Shown here piece by piece: positions 45,365 to 57,700 of a DNA stretch of 64,000 bases (position 1 is the stretch's first letter; each line of letters opens with the position of its first letter). Source of the stretch: Tubulanus polymorphus. Its lineage: Eukaryota > Animalia > Nemertea. The notes under the pieces are model-generated. The model did not search any database and was not told the DNA's origin. It saw nothing but the letters and a program-made list of their open reading frames with translations. The position numbers were made by a program, and so were the translations under genes. The stretch is taken from assembly GCF_964204645.1 (NCBI RefSeq), contig NC_134036.1:1860001-1924000 (forward strand), given 5' to 3'.

Positions 45365-47209
45365 GCGCCATCTAGTGACGAATGAATGAAGCAATTAGCA
45401 AATCGTGCGGCAATTTATTCTGTAGTCAAAAGAAAAGAAACAATCGATGTGATAACTGGTTTGTGAGGGTCAGTTGCACAGTCAGTCTGGGCTTAGATTC
45501 AAGACCAATTTAAGCTCATTCTGGTTCTATAGCCAATCTAAAAACTTAAGACCAGTCTAAACTCATTCTGGTTCTATAACATCTTAAGACCTGAGTTAAG
45601 ATTTTAGACCACCTTTGGATTTAAGCCACGACTGTGCAACTGGTAACTGAGGGGTATGATTTAATCCCGGTCTATAATACTGGTAAAGGTTACACTGTAC
45701 GTATTTATCTCCCTACTAAACGTTCATGTCAAATATAATATATATATACCACATGTAAATGTATTCACATGTACATGCCATAAATACTGTACATGCACAT
45801 GTTACATGTTATCATTGTGTTAGAAGTTATGGTACGTCATATCGACTCTCGAAACCTCGAAACTTTCAAACGAGTGATACACAAAAAATGCACTTAAATT
45901 CTCACATGAACTGATCAGAAATCATCATCACTTAATTGGAAAAAAATGCCAAAAATGGTTGTTGTTTTGCTTTAAACTCTATTTAGATCCATTCTTTGAA
46001 AGGATGATGTCATAGGGGGAATTATGCCGTTTACGGAGGAAGGTTGAGAATTTGATGATGTCATGGGTGAATCTAGGAAAGCATTGTCTCGTCTTACGAA
46101 GGGTCATTAAGGCTATGTCAATTTGATGATGTCATAGGGGGATTTATGGAGTTATCTTTGGAAAGGTTATCTATCTATAAGTACCACTCAGAAAGAAACG
46201 ACTGTGCTGTATAATTAATGTCTCCAATTTTCCTGTGAAGTCTTATGAAAGACGAGTCTGTCTGTGAGGGTAGGGTTAGGGAGGGGTTTGTACGCGCGTG
46301 TAGGTTTATGTGTAGATCCTGTTCTAGTCTAGTCTTTCAAATCTTTCAATCTATAAATGTTAGGTATAGAAATTTCGTCCATTGTTAGAAGATTTGTATA
46401 AATGAGCCGTGTTAATCTGGCGCTGCAGCTGCTCAAAAGTTGGCTAGATTTAACCAGTTGATAGTTGACTTCAGTGACAATTAAAAGTTCATTGTTACTT
46501 TGGTATTTATCGGCCGGATATCTGTAACCAACTTTTCAGCAACTGCAGCCCTGGTGTAGAGTAATTACAATGAAACAGGTAGTATTTATTTTATAGGTTT
46601 AACTTGTTTATTAGACGCCCGAACTTCGATACTAGTGAAAGCTTGTACGTCTAATCACGGACTCTAAAACGTTTTAGAATCCACGGTCTAATAAACTGGT
46701 TAACCTATAAAGTACTAATTGTCCATTGTTAGGTAACTCTTGAAGTCACTATTCCATAGAGGTCTGGCAGGTGACGTCACGATGTGCCATACTGGTCGTC
46801 TGTTAAACACAATAGCTGATTTACATGACAGTTTGTAAATCCCTGATTCGATCTTTTGTCGTTTATCGTATGGCCAAATTTTCGATGTGCTCGAAAAACT
46901 GTGACGTCACAAGCAAGACCACTATACTCAATGTTAATATAGCAAGCTGCAAGTGTGGTATTTATGCCTATAGCAAGCATGATTTTAATGATGCAAAGAC
47001 ACAAAAACCTCTTTAAATGAAAATATTATTTTATGCATCGCTAACTGTTGTCATTACGTTGATGATTTCATCCAAATCTTACATGTTTAGTAAATTAAAT
47101 TTGAAATATAAATTGGTACTTGAAAATAGAGATGATTTCAGTAAGGCTAAGGCTAAGTTACATTCAGTTATATTGACAACATCAAAAATTAGATTAATAT
47201 TAGAAATAA

Positions 47210-47412
47210 GGCTAAAGAAATTGATGCCTCGTTTCTCATTTTTGCTGAGCTCAAAAATTAAGACCCAACAAGTTAGGCCGTATTTATAGTAATAATGATC
47301 AAGCTAAAAATAACAGACCCGGCAGTTATAGAAATTAACTGATTACAAATTTGATTGCGGTTTACAAAAGTGACCCCCAGCCAATTTGGAGAAACCAGGA
47401 ATCATTTTAGCC
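47210..47412. mobile_element. MITE family G (GGCTAA termini)
   Basis: TAA|GGCTAA...ATGCCTCGTTTCTC...GAGAAACCAGGAATCATTTTAGCC|TTA. The core TCAAGCTAA.AATAACAGACCCGGC is also at 15726-15895, 49516-49690 and 60014-60222. Confidence 0.7.
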
Positions 47413-47969
47413 TTATGTGACGACTTGAGTAGGAGTTTGGCTGTACAGATATATACTCCTAAATTATCTATTCACTCTGTCCTACCCAAAGCTTGAAAAA
47501 AAAACGTGAAAATAATGTCTTATTTGTTTTATGTTAACAATCAGAATTCCGCATTTCGCTTCAAAATTCATTCCACATTCGATCGAGAAAACGATGCCGG
47601 TTATAACCGTTGGCAACTTCATCGTCAAACTTGATTGTTGTATTTATTTGAAATTGCGTTTAAAAAGTATAATTTAAAAATTAACTAACTTAATAATATA
47701 TATTGTTGAACCATGTTAATCAAAATACGCGGGAATAATTATTATTGATAATAGGGATTATTATTATGATAAATATTAATATCTAATATATTATGTATAA
47801 TGTAACTACTACATGATAATGTGTATTTTTGCTATGGAAATTTTAGCTTCACGTTTTTCACAATTCGATGTATTTAGATTTTAGAATCATAGGTCAGTAA
47901 TAAGTGTATGTGTTTACTCACTTGCCGCAGTCGGTTTCAGCGTTAAGAGGGACTTGGTGGCTCAGCTGT

Positions 47970-48270
47970 CCTACTGAACACATGTGAAGTTTGTACGATC
48001 GGTATTTTTTAAAGTGTGCTGATAAAATGTCTAATATCTGGTGTTTGTAGTTCATTTTCAATTAGAAATGTCTCAGATGAAGCACTGGACACACGTGAAG
48101 TGTGGGCTGATAAAATGTCTAATATCTGGTGTTTGTAGTTCATTTTCAATTAGAAATGTCTCAGATGAAGCACTGAACACATGTGAAGTGTGGACGATCA
48201 GTTAATGAAAGTGTGCTGATAAAATGTCTAATGTATGATGTTTGTAGTTCATTTTCAATTAGAAAATGTC
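47970..48270. repeat. Reverse-complement array of the 109-bp galectin-intron satellite
   Basis: GCTGATAAAATGTCTAATATCTGGTGTTTGTAGTTCATTTTCAATTAGAAATGTCTCAG, about 3 copies. Confidence 0.9.
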
Positions 48271-51056
48271 CTGTGAAAAATCATTAAATACCTTATGATT
48301 GGTCATCTGAAAGGAAAACCTTCTGCGGCAAGCGGGTATTTGAGTAAACCAAAAATTAAATCAAATCTGGACATTGTGTTAATGATATTATATACATATA
48401 TTGTGATATGTTGTTGTTGTTGCTGTTGTCGAAATTAGGAAAATACAATATTATAGGATTCGAATTTAGAAAAAAAGAAAGATGAAATAAAGAAATGAAT
48501 TAAATGCATAATTTGCTGATTGATGAACAGTATTCTGAATATATAAATATATATGAATTCACTAATAGAAAAGGATAAAACAGGATTAGATTTTTAAGCA
48601 TTAATTATTTAAATTACATAGAATTACCATAAAGATTGATAAATATATATATGCTATATATTTGTTAGCTTTAAACCTTGGAGGGTCCAGTTTCAGAGGT
48701 TTACCGAGAATGAGAACGTCGAGATTAGTAATTAATTGTAATTTTATTGAATCGTTGAAGTTATTGAGAATTAGTAGGTCAATTAATCATAATTTAGTTT
48801 TGTGAAACTGGCCCTGATTATTGTGGTTTTGAGAAATTAATATTTAGATGTTGTTTCGTTCCTAATTTTGCCGATTTTGGTTTGAAAAATTGTAGATATT
48901 TCTAAAAAGTTGTGTAGATACTTAAAATAATTTGTAGATAATGTATTTAAAAAGTACGATGACGTCATGACCCTTATTGTTGTAATTATGATTTAATTAA
49001 CGGATTATCGGCTCATTAGTGTAAAATAATTAATTAATGTATTAACCAGTTAATTATCATAATTTATGTAGAGCATTTTGCGAGAAAAATATAACTTTCT
49101 CCCTTCGGAGAATTTTTGCGGTTCGGGAAATTCCGTACATCGTTCTCGGCTGCGGCCGGATAATTCCGTATATGCTCGTGACAGTGTTCGGAAAAATCCG
49201 AACAGCGTGCGCGCGGGTGTCCGGAAAATCTCGAACGTCGTTCGGTAGCGTTCGGGAAATCCCGAAGACGCATACGGCGCTGTTCGGTGGCTTAACGATT
49301 GTTACAACGGAAAAGGCCGAAGTGCTCCGGAAGACCCGAAGAGTCCCGAAGTCGATGACGTTATGACGGTCACTTGCCAGAGACGGTGTCTGGATGCGTT
49401 CCGGGGCGCGTGTACAAAACGATTGAGGGAATTTGTATCGTCAAAATCATAACTTCTCTTCTCCATTACGATAAACTAAACTGATACGTTTCTTCTAATT
49501 TCTGCTGAGTTTAAAAGTTGACCCGGCCGCCTGTCTAACCTGTACATTACTTTCTAGAACAAATCATGACCAAGCTAAGACAATAACAGACCCGGCAGTT
49601 ATTAGTTTAACTTATAGAAATGAACTGATTTCAAATTTTAATGCAGTTTCCAAAAGTGACCCAGTCCGATTTGGAGAAACAAGTTATCTGATTTTGTTCT
49701 AGACCCAAACACTTATTGTTCTAGTATTATGCAAAATTATGTGCCCAAAAATGATCGATGTTTTATATTAGTTTCACTTTATTTGTGTAGAATGCGCGAC
49801 TCGCAAAGTTTTTATGCGACTTGAAAATTTGAAAAAAAAGTAATACGAATTCCCGATATAGATTATTACAAACTGAAATATAATATACAATGCATAGCAA
49901 CAAAATAACCGTTCGTATTGTTTCTCTATTTCTTCATGTTTTTTTGGGGGGTTTTTACTCGCGTTCGATCAGAATTTGAAGACAAATTTTCCTTCTTAAA
50001 AATGTTTCAATGAGACAACCAGAAGATTGGGCTCTGTACGGCAAAGCCCTCGAAGATTTCTGAAGTCGAATGTTTTGGACCATTTTCTATCATACATGTA
50101 CCCGCCATGCCATACCGGTAATTATTCACAAAATCCCTGATACAAATACATTGAAGATCCGATTATTTAAAAGGGCTGGACAAACTGTAGGCTGTATGGC
50201 GATAAAATATCTTCATAGTCGGAGAGGTCAGTATTTTTGTAAGGATGGCCAGATCTTTTGTTCCGAAAGTAGGTTGACAGGTTGGCATTATTTATTACAT
50301 GTTTTCAAGGATAATATATAGATATCTATTGCCGCTCACTGGTTCGTTCAGCCTCTCTAAATCCCTCTCTTTCTGGTAGAGTCTTATATTACCTGCTAAT
50401 GTATCGTAAGAAGATTTAGAGGTGTCTATCGTCGTTAACGGTGGACCAGGATACGTTTAAGTAGGTGTGAGGCGTCTATCCATGAGACTCCTTTCCCTGT
50501 AGCTGTTCTGGGATGATGAGGTCTCAGTAGAACACGTGTCTGACAGACAGCTGGGAGGAGTTTGCCATTGTTTCATGCGCCAAAATACATTGTATCTTAA
50601 TGTGGATTATCATGGATTACCGCAGTGGATTATCGAGGATTATCACAGCGGATTATCACAGTTTCTAGATGGATTAGCAGATTTGTAAAGTAAGTTGTTT
50701 TTATGATATTCTCATTTAACACACTTTTCGCTGTGGTCAGTCCATCATCCTCACGCCAGGTGGCGTTTAAATAACGTGTACATTTTTCCTCTCCGGCGGC
50801 AGCGCAGTAACGAAATTAGAACGATTAGAAAATGTTTTTTTGTTTGTTTTTGATAAAAAGATGAATCTTTATTTAGCTAAAAATCGTACATTCTAATTAA
50901 TAAATATTTAGTCAAATTAATTGACATATTCAAATTAAACTTATTTAAATATCGAACTTACAAAAAATGCGAAACAATCTACGCGGTGATACGCGAGTAC
51001 TTCTCGACTTTTCCCAACGCCCGTTTCTTCTTTTCTGCTGATCTTAGTTTCCCAGA

Positions 51057-51116
51057 GCCCTTATCAGTTCTCCGTCCAGTGATTTCAGTTGCAAACCGGA
51101 CGAACAAGTGAAAAGG
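51057..51116 (-). ncRNA. mir-184: pre-miR-184 copy 1
   Basis: Reverse complement of 51057-51078 is UGGACGGAGAACUGAUAAGGGC, the invertebrate mature miR-184-3p sequence as I recall it. The 5p arm CCUUUUCACUUGUUCGUCCGGU (51095-51116) pairs to form a 60-nt hairpin. Confidence 0.95.
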
Positions 51117-51986
51117 AGACAGGGTCACGTGATTTCTCTCAGGGGGTCGGTCGGGCAGGGGGCGCGCGCATCACTACTGACCAGACGGGCCGTGGCCACA
51201 ACCGGTTTTAGACAGTAACTCCACCACTGATCAGAAGAGACCCGACTTATACACGGAATTCTTTTCTGACCGTTTTTTTTTTAACTTCCTGGAAATTATT
51301 TGAAAACCCGATACGTGGTATTTGTGAACAATAGCTGCGCGGCGTCCGGGTTTTTTACTCTAAACCGAATCAAGTTGTCTGGGACGCTTTTAGAACTGTA
51401 CTTTGTTGTATCGGACAAATACGAATTATTTGTTCTCCAATATTGATAACAATAGCTAATATTAATTCAAATAGTTCGTTGAATATTGACTCAAAGTTCA
51501 AATAAAAAATATTGACTTAATTCATCATAAAATCAAATGATTTTTGTCGCCACGTCAAACACTGTTAAGAACTATGCACATATTTTTTTCCGTCTGCACG
51601 TGCTGCCACCTAGCGTCGCCAACCGTCAGCGCCACCTAGCGCCTATTCAATGTACCATCGGAATGCATTTTTGAGTAGTAATAAAAATTTAAGTTAAAAA
51701 GGCTTAAGTTAAAAAGTCAAGTAGATAAGCTTCCGGCAAGCACCCTAATTCGACAATCAGGATTAGGATCTGCCAACCTCGAGCGAGCTAGCAGCGTCGA
51801 GCAATTTACCACAGCGCCAAGCCGCGGTGATCAGAATACGAATATTTATTCACACTCCAACCATTTCCATATATGGAGGAAAAACAGTATTTACAATAAT
51901 TACATAAACGGTAATAAAAGCTACAAGACAGTTCTCCGTCCGGTGGCGCCGCCTAGCGCCGATTCAAGTAGATTAGCTTCCCACAA

Positions 51987-52046
51987 GCCCTTATCAGTTC
52001 TCCGTCCAGTGGGTTCACAATTAAACCGGGCAGCGAAGTGATAAGG
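51987..52046 (-). ncRNA. mir-184: pre-miR-184 copy 2
   Basis: Mature UGGACGGAGAACUGAUAAGGGC at 51987-52008 (reverse complement). The 5p arm CCUUAUCACUUCGCUGCCCGGU (52025-52046) has the conserved CCUUAUCA start. 60-nt hairpin. Confidence 0.96.
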
Positions 52047-52499
52047 AGACGAGGGATTTTACTCTGCAATTAAAATATTCAGTATACAACAAAACAATTA
52101 AAACCCAGAAATCGCTGAAAATGTGTAGTACATTTCACACCGACAGATGGCACTGCTCCCCCAAAGAATCTTCTAAAATATCTAGAGTTTGGATTCTATA
52201 ATTCGAAAAAAGATGGTTAGACCTAGAAAGAGAGAGAGAGAAAGTGGGAGTGACTCAGGGAGAGGAGAGAGAGGGGGAGAGGTAGAGAGAGAGAGAGAGG
52301 GGGGAGATAGAGGGGGAGAGACTCAGATAGGAAAGATTGTGCCGGAAGGGAGCAGACTCACTCGTGTATATTCTAAAGAGAAAATGGTGCGGCAGGAAAT
52401 AGAGGAGCGTGGGTGGAGAAGATGAGGTAGGCCTACCCGGTAGGTGAATAGCAGTACTCTAATAAAAGGGGTTTACTTGACTCGAGGGCAGTAGCGGTT

Positions 52500-53135
52500 G
52501 AGTTCTGGCGGCACCTCGCGCGCCGCGCGTCCGTAATAATACCCGGCATCCCCTAACATCGCGTATATCATTATCACTTCCGGTTCCTGGCAAATTAGTG
52601 ACTTATCATAAAACACATTAATACCTTCCGTATCTGCGGTTACCATAGCAACCGTTTACTGCAAAAATAATACGCTATAGCCGCCGGTAACAACGAACTT
52701 CTGATATACCGATACCGCAGAGTCGAAATCTCTCAGATATCCATTGCCCACGATTTTCTTTATTTCAATTCACTCAAACCTTAGACCCGCGATTTTCGTA
52801 AGTCCACCGATACCGGACAGGTCCGTGTCTCGATAACGGACAGGTCCGAGTCTCGTTCCGACGTTTAGTGAAACCCGTGCTAATGAGGAGCGTGGCGGCG
52901 GCTTTGACTAACGATGAACAGCTGTTTCGGTTGGGAAACGCACGTGCTGTTGTTGAGATGTTTCGACCGACCTGACCTAAAAATAAAGTCAATTGAAACT
53001 CCTCGACCTCGTTGTGAATGAGAACTGATAGATAGGCGCCATATTGAACAGGCAACTTGCAGCATGCGGCTATAGTAAGTGTGTTTCGATTCGATCCCCT
53101 GCGTCAGTAACCGGTTGGTTACGCCTACGGTAAGT
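52500..53135. promoter_or_regulatory. CpG-rich promoter with RFX X-box and ETS site
   Basis: ACTTCCGG at 52576-52583, GTTACCATAGCAAC at 52639-52652, and three consensus + strand donors GTAAGT at 52798, 53075 and 53130. Confidence 0.5.
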
Positions 53136-53691
53136 CAGTCAGATGACTCTCCCATGGAGGGAGTCAGTTAAGACTCTTCGCCGACGCTAGCCACACATAG
53201 ATAAATGACTCTGGAGTCCTTTAATCTATAAAATGCTAACGTTTTTGAGATAAACAAGCCCGGACTCGTCGTCGATCTAAACACCGCGAAAACCACCGTA
53301 GGCCTACCCCTGTCAGAAGCATCACTGACTCCACGTACAGATGAAACCTCGTTTATATTACGATTCAAAACGAAATCCATTTATTACGATATTTACCAGC
53401 ATTTCCCAGCTAAAAATCCAATGCAGATTTGTAATGAATAAGAAACCCGTTTATTACTCGACAATTTCGACTATTCTGCCTCAAGATCCGAATATTAACA
53501 CGACACGGTTTCACAAAAACCGATCCTCTTGAAATTGAAAATATATTTCGACTATTTTGCCCCCAAGATCCGAATATTAACACGGTTCCACAAAAACCCT
53601 GATGGACCTCTTGAAATTTAAAATATATACACCATGATCGTATTCTAACTTAATGAAAATAATATCTCTCCGACTGATAAGCCTATAGGCC

Positions 53692-53871
53692 CACAGGGAC
53701 TTGACATAAAAGGATTTTGACCCCAGTATCCTAGGTAGGCTACTATATATGAAAAGTCTTTTCATAGGCCTATATAGTACCTAGGATATTGGGATACTAA
53801 AAGTCTTTTTATATATAGTAGCCTACCTAGGATACTGGGGTCAAAATCCTTTTGTGTGACCAAGTCCCTGT
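53692..53871. mobile_element. Palindromic MITE (CACAGGGACTTG termini)
   Basis: Near-perfect 180-bp inverted repeat. The related copy at 54010-54250 carries a nested family A MITE. Confidence 0.75.
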
Positions 53872-54044
53872 GTATAGGCCTAAAGCGTTAGGGTTCCACG
53901 CTTACTCCGACCTAAGTCAGTAACCTGTCTGCGGTTAAGTTTCACAATCGGATATTTTCACAGTAGAAGCTCATCCGATTATAAAAGCTTACCGCCAATA
54001 ACTCCGACCCACAAGGGCCTGACACGAAAAGTTTTTGACCCCAG

Positions 54045-54152
54045 GACCCAGTTCCAGAGTTGTGAGTTAACGTTAACTTTGAGTTAAAGTTAGTTCATTT
54101 TCAATAAGTTAACTGAGAGTTAAATCTTAACTCGGAACTGTGGAACTGGACC
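54045..54152. mobile_element. Family A MITE nested in a palindromic element, CAG TSD
   Basis: TGACCC CAG|GACCCAGTT...AACTGGACC|CAG TATCCTAGG. The empty site TGACCCCAGTATCCTAGG is at 53718-53735. Confidence 0.85.
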
Positions 54153-54729
54153 CAGTATCCTAGGTAGGCCTACTATATATAAAACGTCTTTTTATATATA
54201 AATAGTACCTAGGATACGGGGTCAAAAACTGTTTGTGTCAGGCCCCTGTGCTCCAACCGCCAGTGTTTTACCTGTTACACGCGCACAGTCGAACTCTTTT
54301 ACCAAACTTTCTTTGCGGCGATGTTCATTACATTCCCTGCTGAATCCGATAGCAGCAAAAAGTGTTTTAATCCACACATCAGTAGATAGAACCCTAGTGA
54401 ACTCCACCTTGCTATTATGAGGTAGGCCTACCTATGTAACAGTGCTGAGAGAAGTGCCACGTCTCACTGAGGCGGCGGTACCCGTACATGATGAGGATGC
54501 TCTGCTGCTTGCTGCTGTACCGTACCGTACTACTAGCAGAGGCTGCGCGCACTCGCGCCTCAGATGCAGTTACTGTGTACAGAACCTATGTATATATACA
54601 TGTATATATAATTATAGTCGACCCTTCTATAAATAAAAACCTCATTTTATCAGTAAGCAGTGTTTATACTGATCTACAAGTTTACTACCGGCCCCGCGCG
54701 AGGCGACCTCGATTCAAAACAGCTGATCA

Positions 54730-54731
<2 letters not shown>

Positions 54732-54764
<33 letters not shown>

Positions 54765-54779
54765 CAGCAGCAGTAGCAT
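54732..54779. repeat. (CAG/TAG)n trinucleotide repeat
   Basis: Read directly. Confidence 0.9.
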
Positions 54780-57700
54780 CGCCACCCACCCTCGATATTT
54801 GTAGCATACCGTCCCAAATCTAGTACAAGCCGAAAAGCAATTTACAGTTAAAGTTCGTTTTAAAGTTCGCCATCCTCTCTACTCGCTTTTTTCAGAGACT
54901 AGAAAGGTTAACCACTTTGCCTGTGGCTAATTATTCGGTGAACAAATTTTCCCGATCTAACTTAGATTCAAAGAAAATACTTTTCTCTATAAAGCTGCCA
55001 AATTCGTTATAAACGCCATGATTTCCTTTGGTTCCAACAGTGGCTTTATTGAATACATCATAGTTTCCTTGGAACTTTCAAACCATAGAAGCGATATTTC
55101 CGTCAAAATGCTACCTGCCAACCCTCCTAAAACCTAGCACTATGGCCTCCTGTGGAAAATTGAATCCTGGTTCGCCTTAAAAACCAGGGGCCAATTTTAT
55201 GGACCGGTATAACCTTAAACCAGGGGCTAAACTCAATTCATTATCAATTGAGTTAACCTTTGGTTTAAGTTAATACCAGTCTATAAAACCCGGGCTCTGA
55301 TGCATGATACCCTGATACCAGATTATTGATCGGCTACATCATACTTTACCCGTTGAATACCTACCTCGGTAATCAAAATGCATGTAAGTTCATTGTCCCG
55401 TTTTCGCTGTGGTCCAGGATCTCTTCTTCTTTTTCTGCATTGTCTCCCGTTTTTGCCGTCTGAATTTTTCTCTCATTTTCGCTCTGTGCACAAAACAAAA
55501 AGAGTAGATTTCCGGTTTAAAAAACTACGTTTTCCCCGAGATAAATCACAACACGAGTCCCCCTAACGGGTGAAGTTGCATTAAAAAAAGCGATCGTTCT
55601 TTTTCATCAATCTTCTCACTACTGAATGTTTTACCGGTAACCATGGCAATGTCGCCGATAAAATACACGAGACGATATTATAGTGTCTGAAATGAGGAAT
55701 CTGTGCACCGCAGACGATCACACACTCGAATAGAACGATTCAATTAGAAATCGTGTAACGCGACACCGGGCAAGAAAATGTCGATCTCTGAGCTGCCGTT
55801 GACTGAGAGACAACAGTTTCTTCCGTTATCGGGAAAACCGCGCGTCGTGATGGAAATATTTCGCAACAATCCGCGCCGTTTTCGGAAATATTTGTTTTAT
55901 CGATGCTTTTTTGAAGAAGTTAAACCGCGCGCCGTTTTGAAAGATGCATATTTTCGAAAGCGTTTTTTAAGTTACGAAATCGCGAATGCTAAACATTTGT
56001 CAGCGTGATTATAGCTGGACCCGAGTCTGAAATACAGCAGACGCGCCGCCCTCAATCTAGGCCTGTGCTGTATTTACGATGATAAGAAAAATTCACTTTA
56101 AGGAGCAATTATTTTTTCTAGAGATCTTTTTTTTGACCGAGACCACGAACCTCGTTTGTCAAAATATAATATCATGACGTCACTTTATCAGTTCTGTTAA
56201 ACTCAAATCAACTTTTGAACAACTGACCCGCGATCAATAAAGTGTATTGACGATGGCACAGTCAACATACGTATTGTACGCGTTAAATATACACGTACAA
56301 TGTCTGGTAAATATGATAATCATAATTATTAGTATTAATATTACCATTACTCCTTATGCCATATGTCACATAGTATGCATATATGTGTTTGTGACACACT
56401 GACAATAGAGACAATACGTTTCCTACTAATTTGACAACAATCTAGGTTTGTTGTAACTGTGATTGTTGCGGAGAGATGGGCGTATACGTAACCGGTAATA
56501 ATTATAGCGTATATTACAATGTGTTACTGTCACTTCTTCTTGCCTGTTCTAGTACTGAATGGATAGACGTATCGGATAGATACCATGGTGACAATAAAAA
56601 CTGAAATATTACTTTTAGCTGATGACGTCTCACTCTTAGATGTGGTTAACTATATGAGATGATTCTAATCATTTTGACTGAAGCTTCTGTGTTTTTCTGG
56701 GGGTTTAGATAAATTTCCAAGTGTCAGTACTTTGAAATATCAGCAAATGTGAGATTCATCGATTACCTCTCAAAAAAAAAATCTTATTTTAGATTCCACA
56801 TAATCTAATCTATTTTGAAGACTTTGTGATGATGTAATGTTTTAGGGAACTTTGGTGACGTTTCGACGAATATTCTAATAGTCATCCTCAGGAGGACGCA
56901 GATATTGATGACGTAATGTTTTAGGTAACTTTGCTGACGTGGTCGACAAGTTTTAGCTCTTCGCCCATTTCGGCCGCATATATGTGGTATTTTTTTGACA
57001 GAGTCACGCAGGTTCGTGTCCATGGGCTGGCCCCTTTTCTCTGTCATTTGGACCGACGCATCCGCAGAAAGCCCCCATGGTCCAGTTCCACAGTTCTGAG
57101 TTAAGATTTGACTCTGAAACTTAACTCATTAAAAATGAACTAACTTTTAACTCACAACTGTGGAACTGGACCCAGTTTCACAAAAAGATTTAACTCTTAA
57201 ATCGATTTAATTTCTACATTAATTCAGTTTATCTTAAATCGATTGAGGCCTTAATCCTTTTAGAGAAACTGGGCCCCTGGGTCCATAGCTCTAATCGCTG
57301 ATAATCTTCGGTCATAAATCACCTATGTCTAGTTAGCCTTGAACTCTCCTGCCCTCCACCTACCCACCCTATATCCACACTCAACGCCTGCAAATACTCG
57401 ACCATGAAGAATCAACTCTATGTTCGATACTTGAGTGAGAATTTGTGTCGTGTTGGAGGAAATTGACGTGTTTAATTCGAGTAAATAGAACCAGTTTATA
57501 TGAAGCAGCACGTGTTCTTATCAAACTGTGTTAATATTGGGACACGTCTTATATACATTGTAATCAGGCATGTATTGTTATTGTTACACGCGATATCGAT
57601 AGATGGCGTCGTGGTAATATGACGTAACAATTTGGGTTTTTAATGTGATTTCAATTTGACTCTGGATCCAGTTCCACAGTTGTGTGGGTTTAATTTAACT

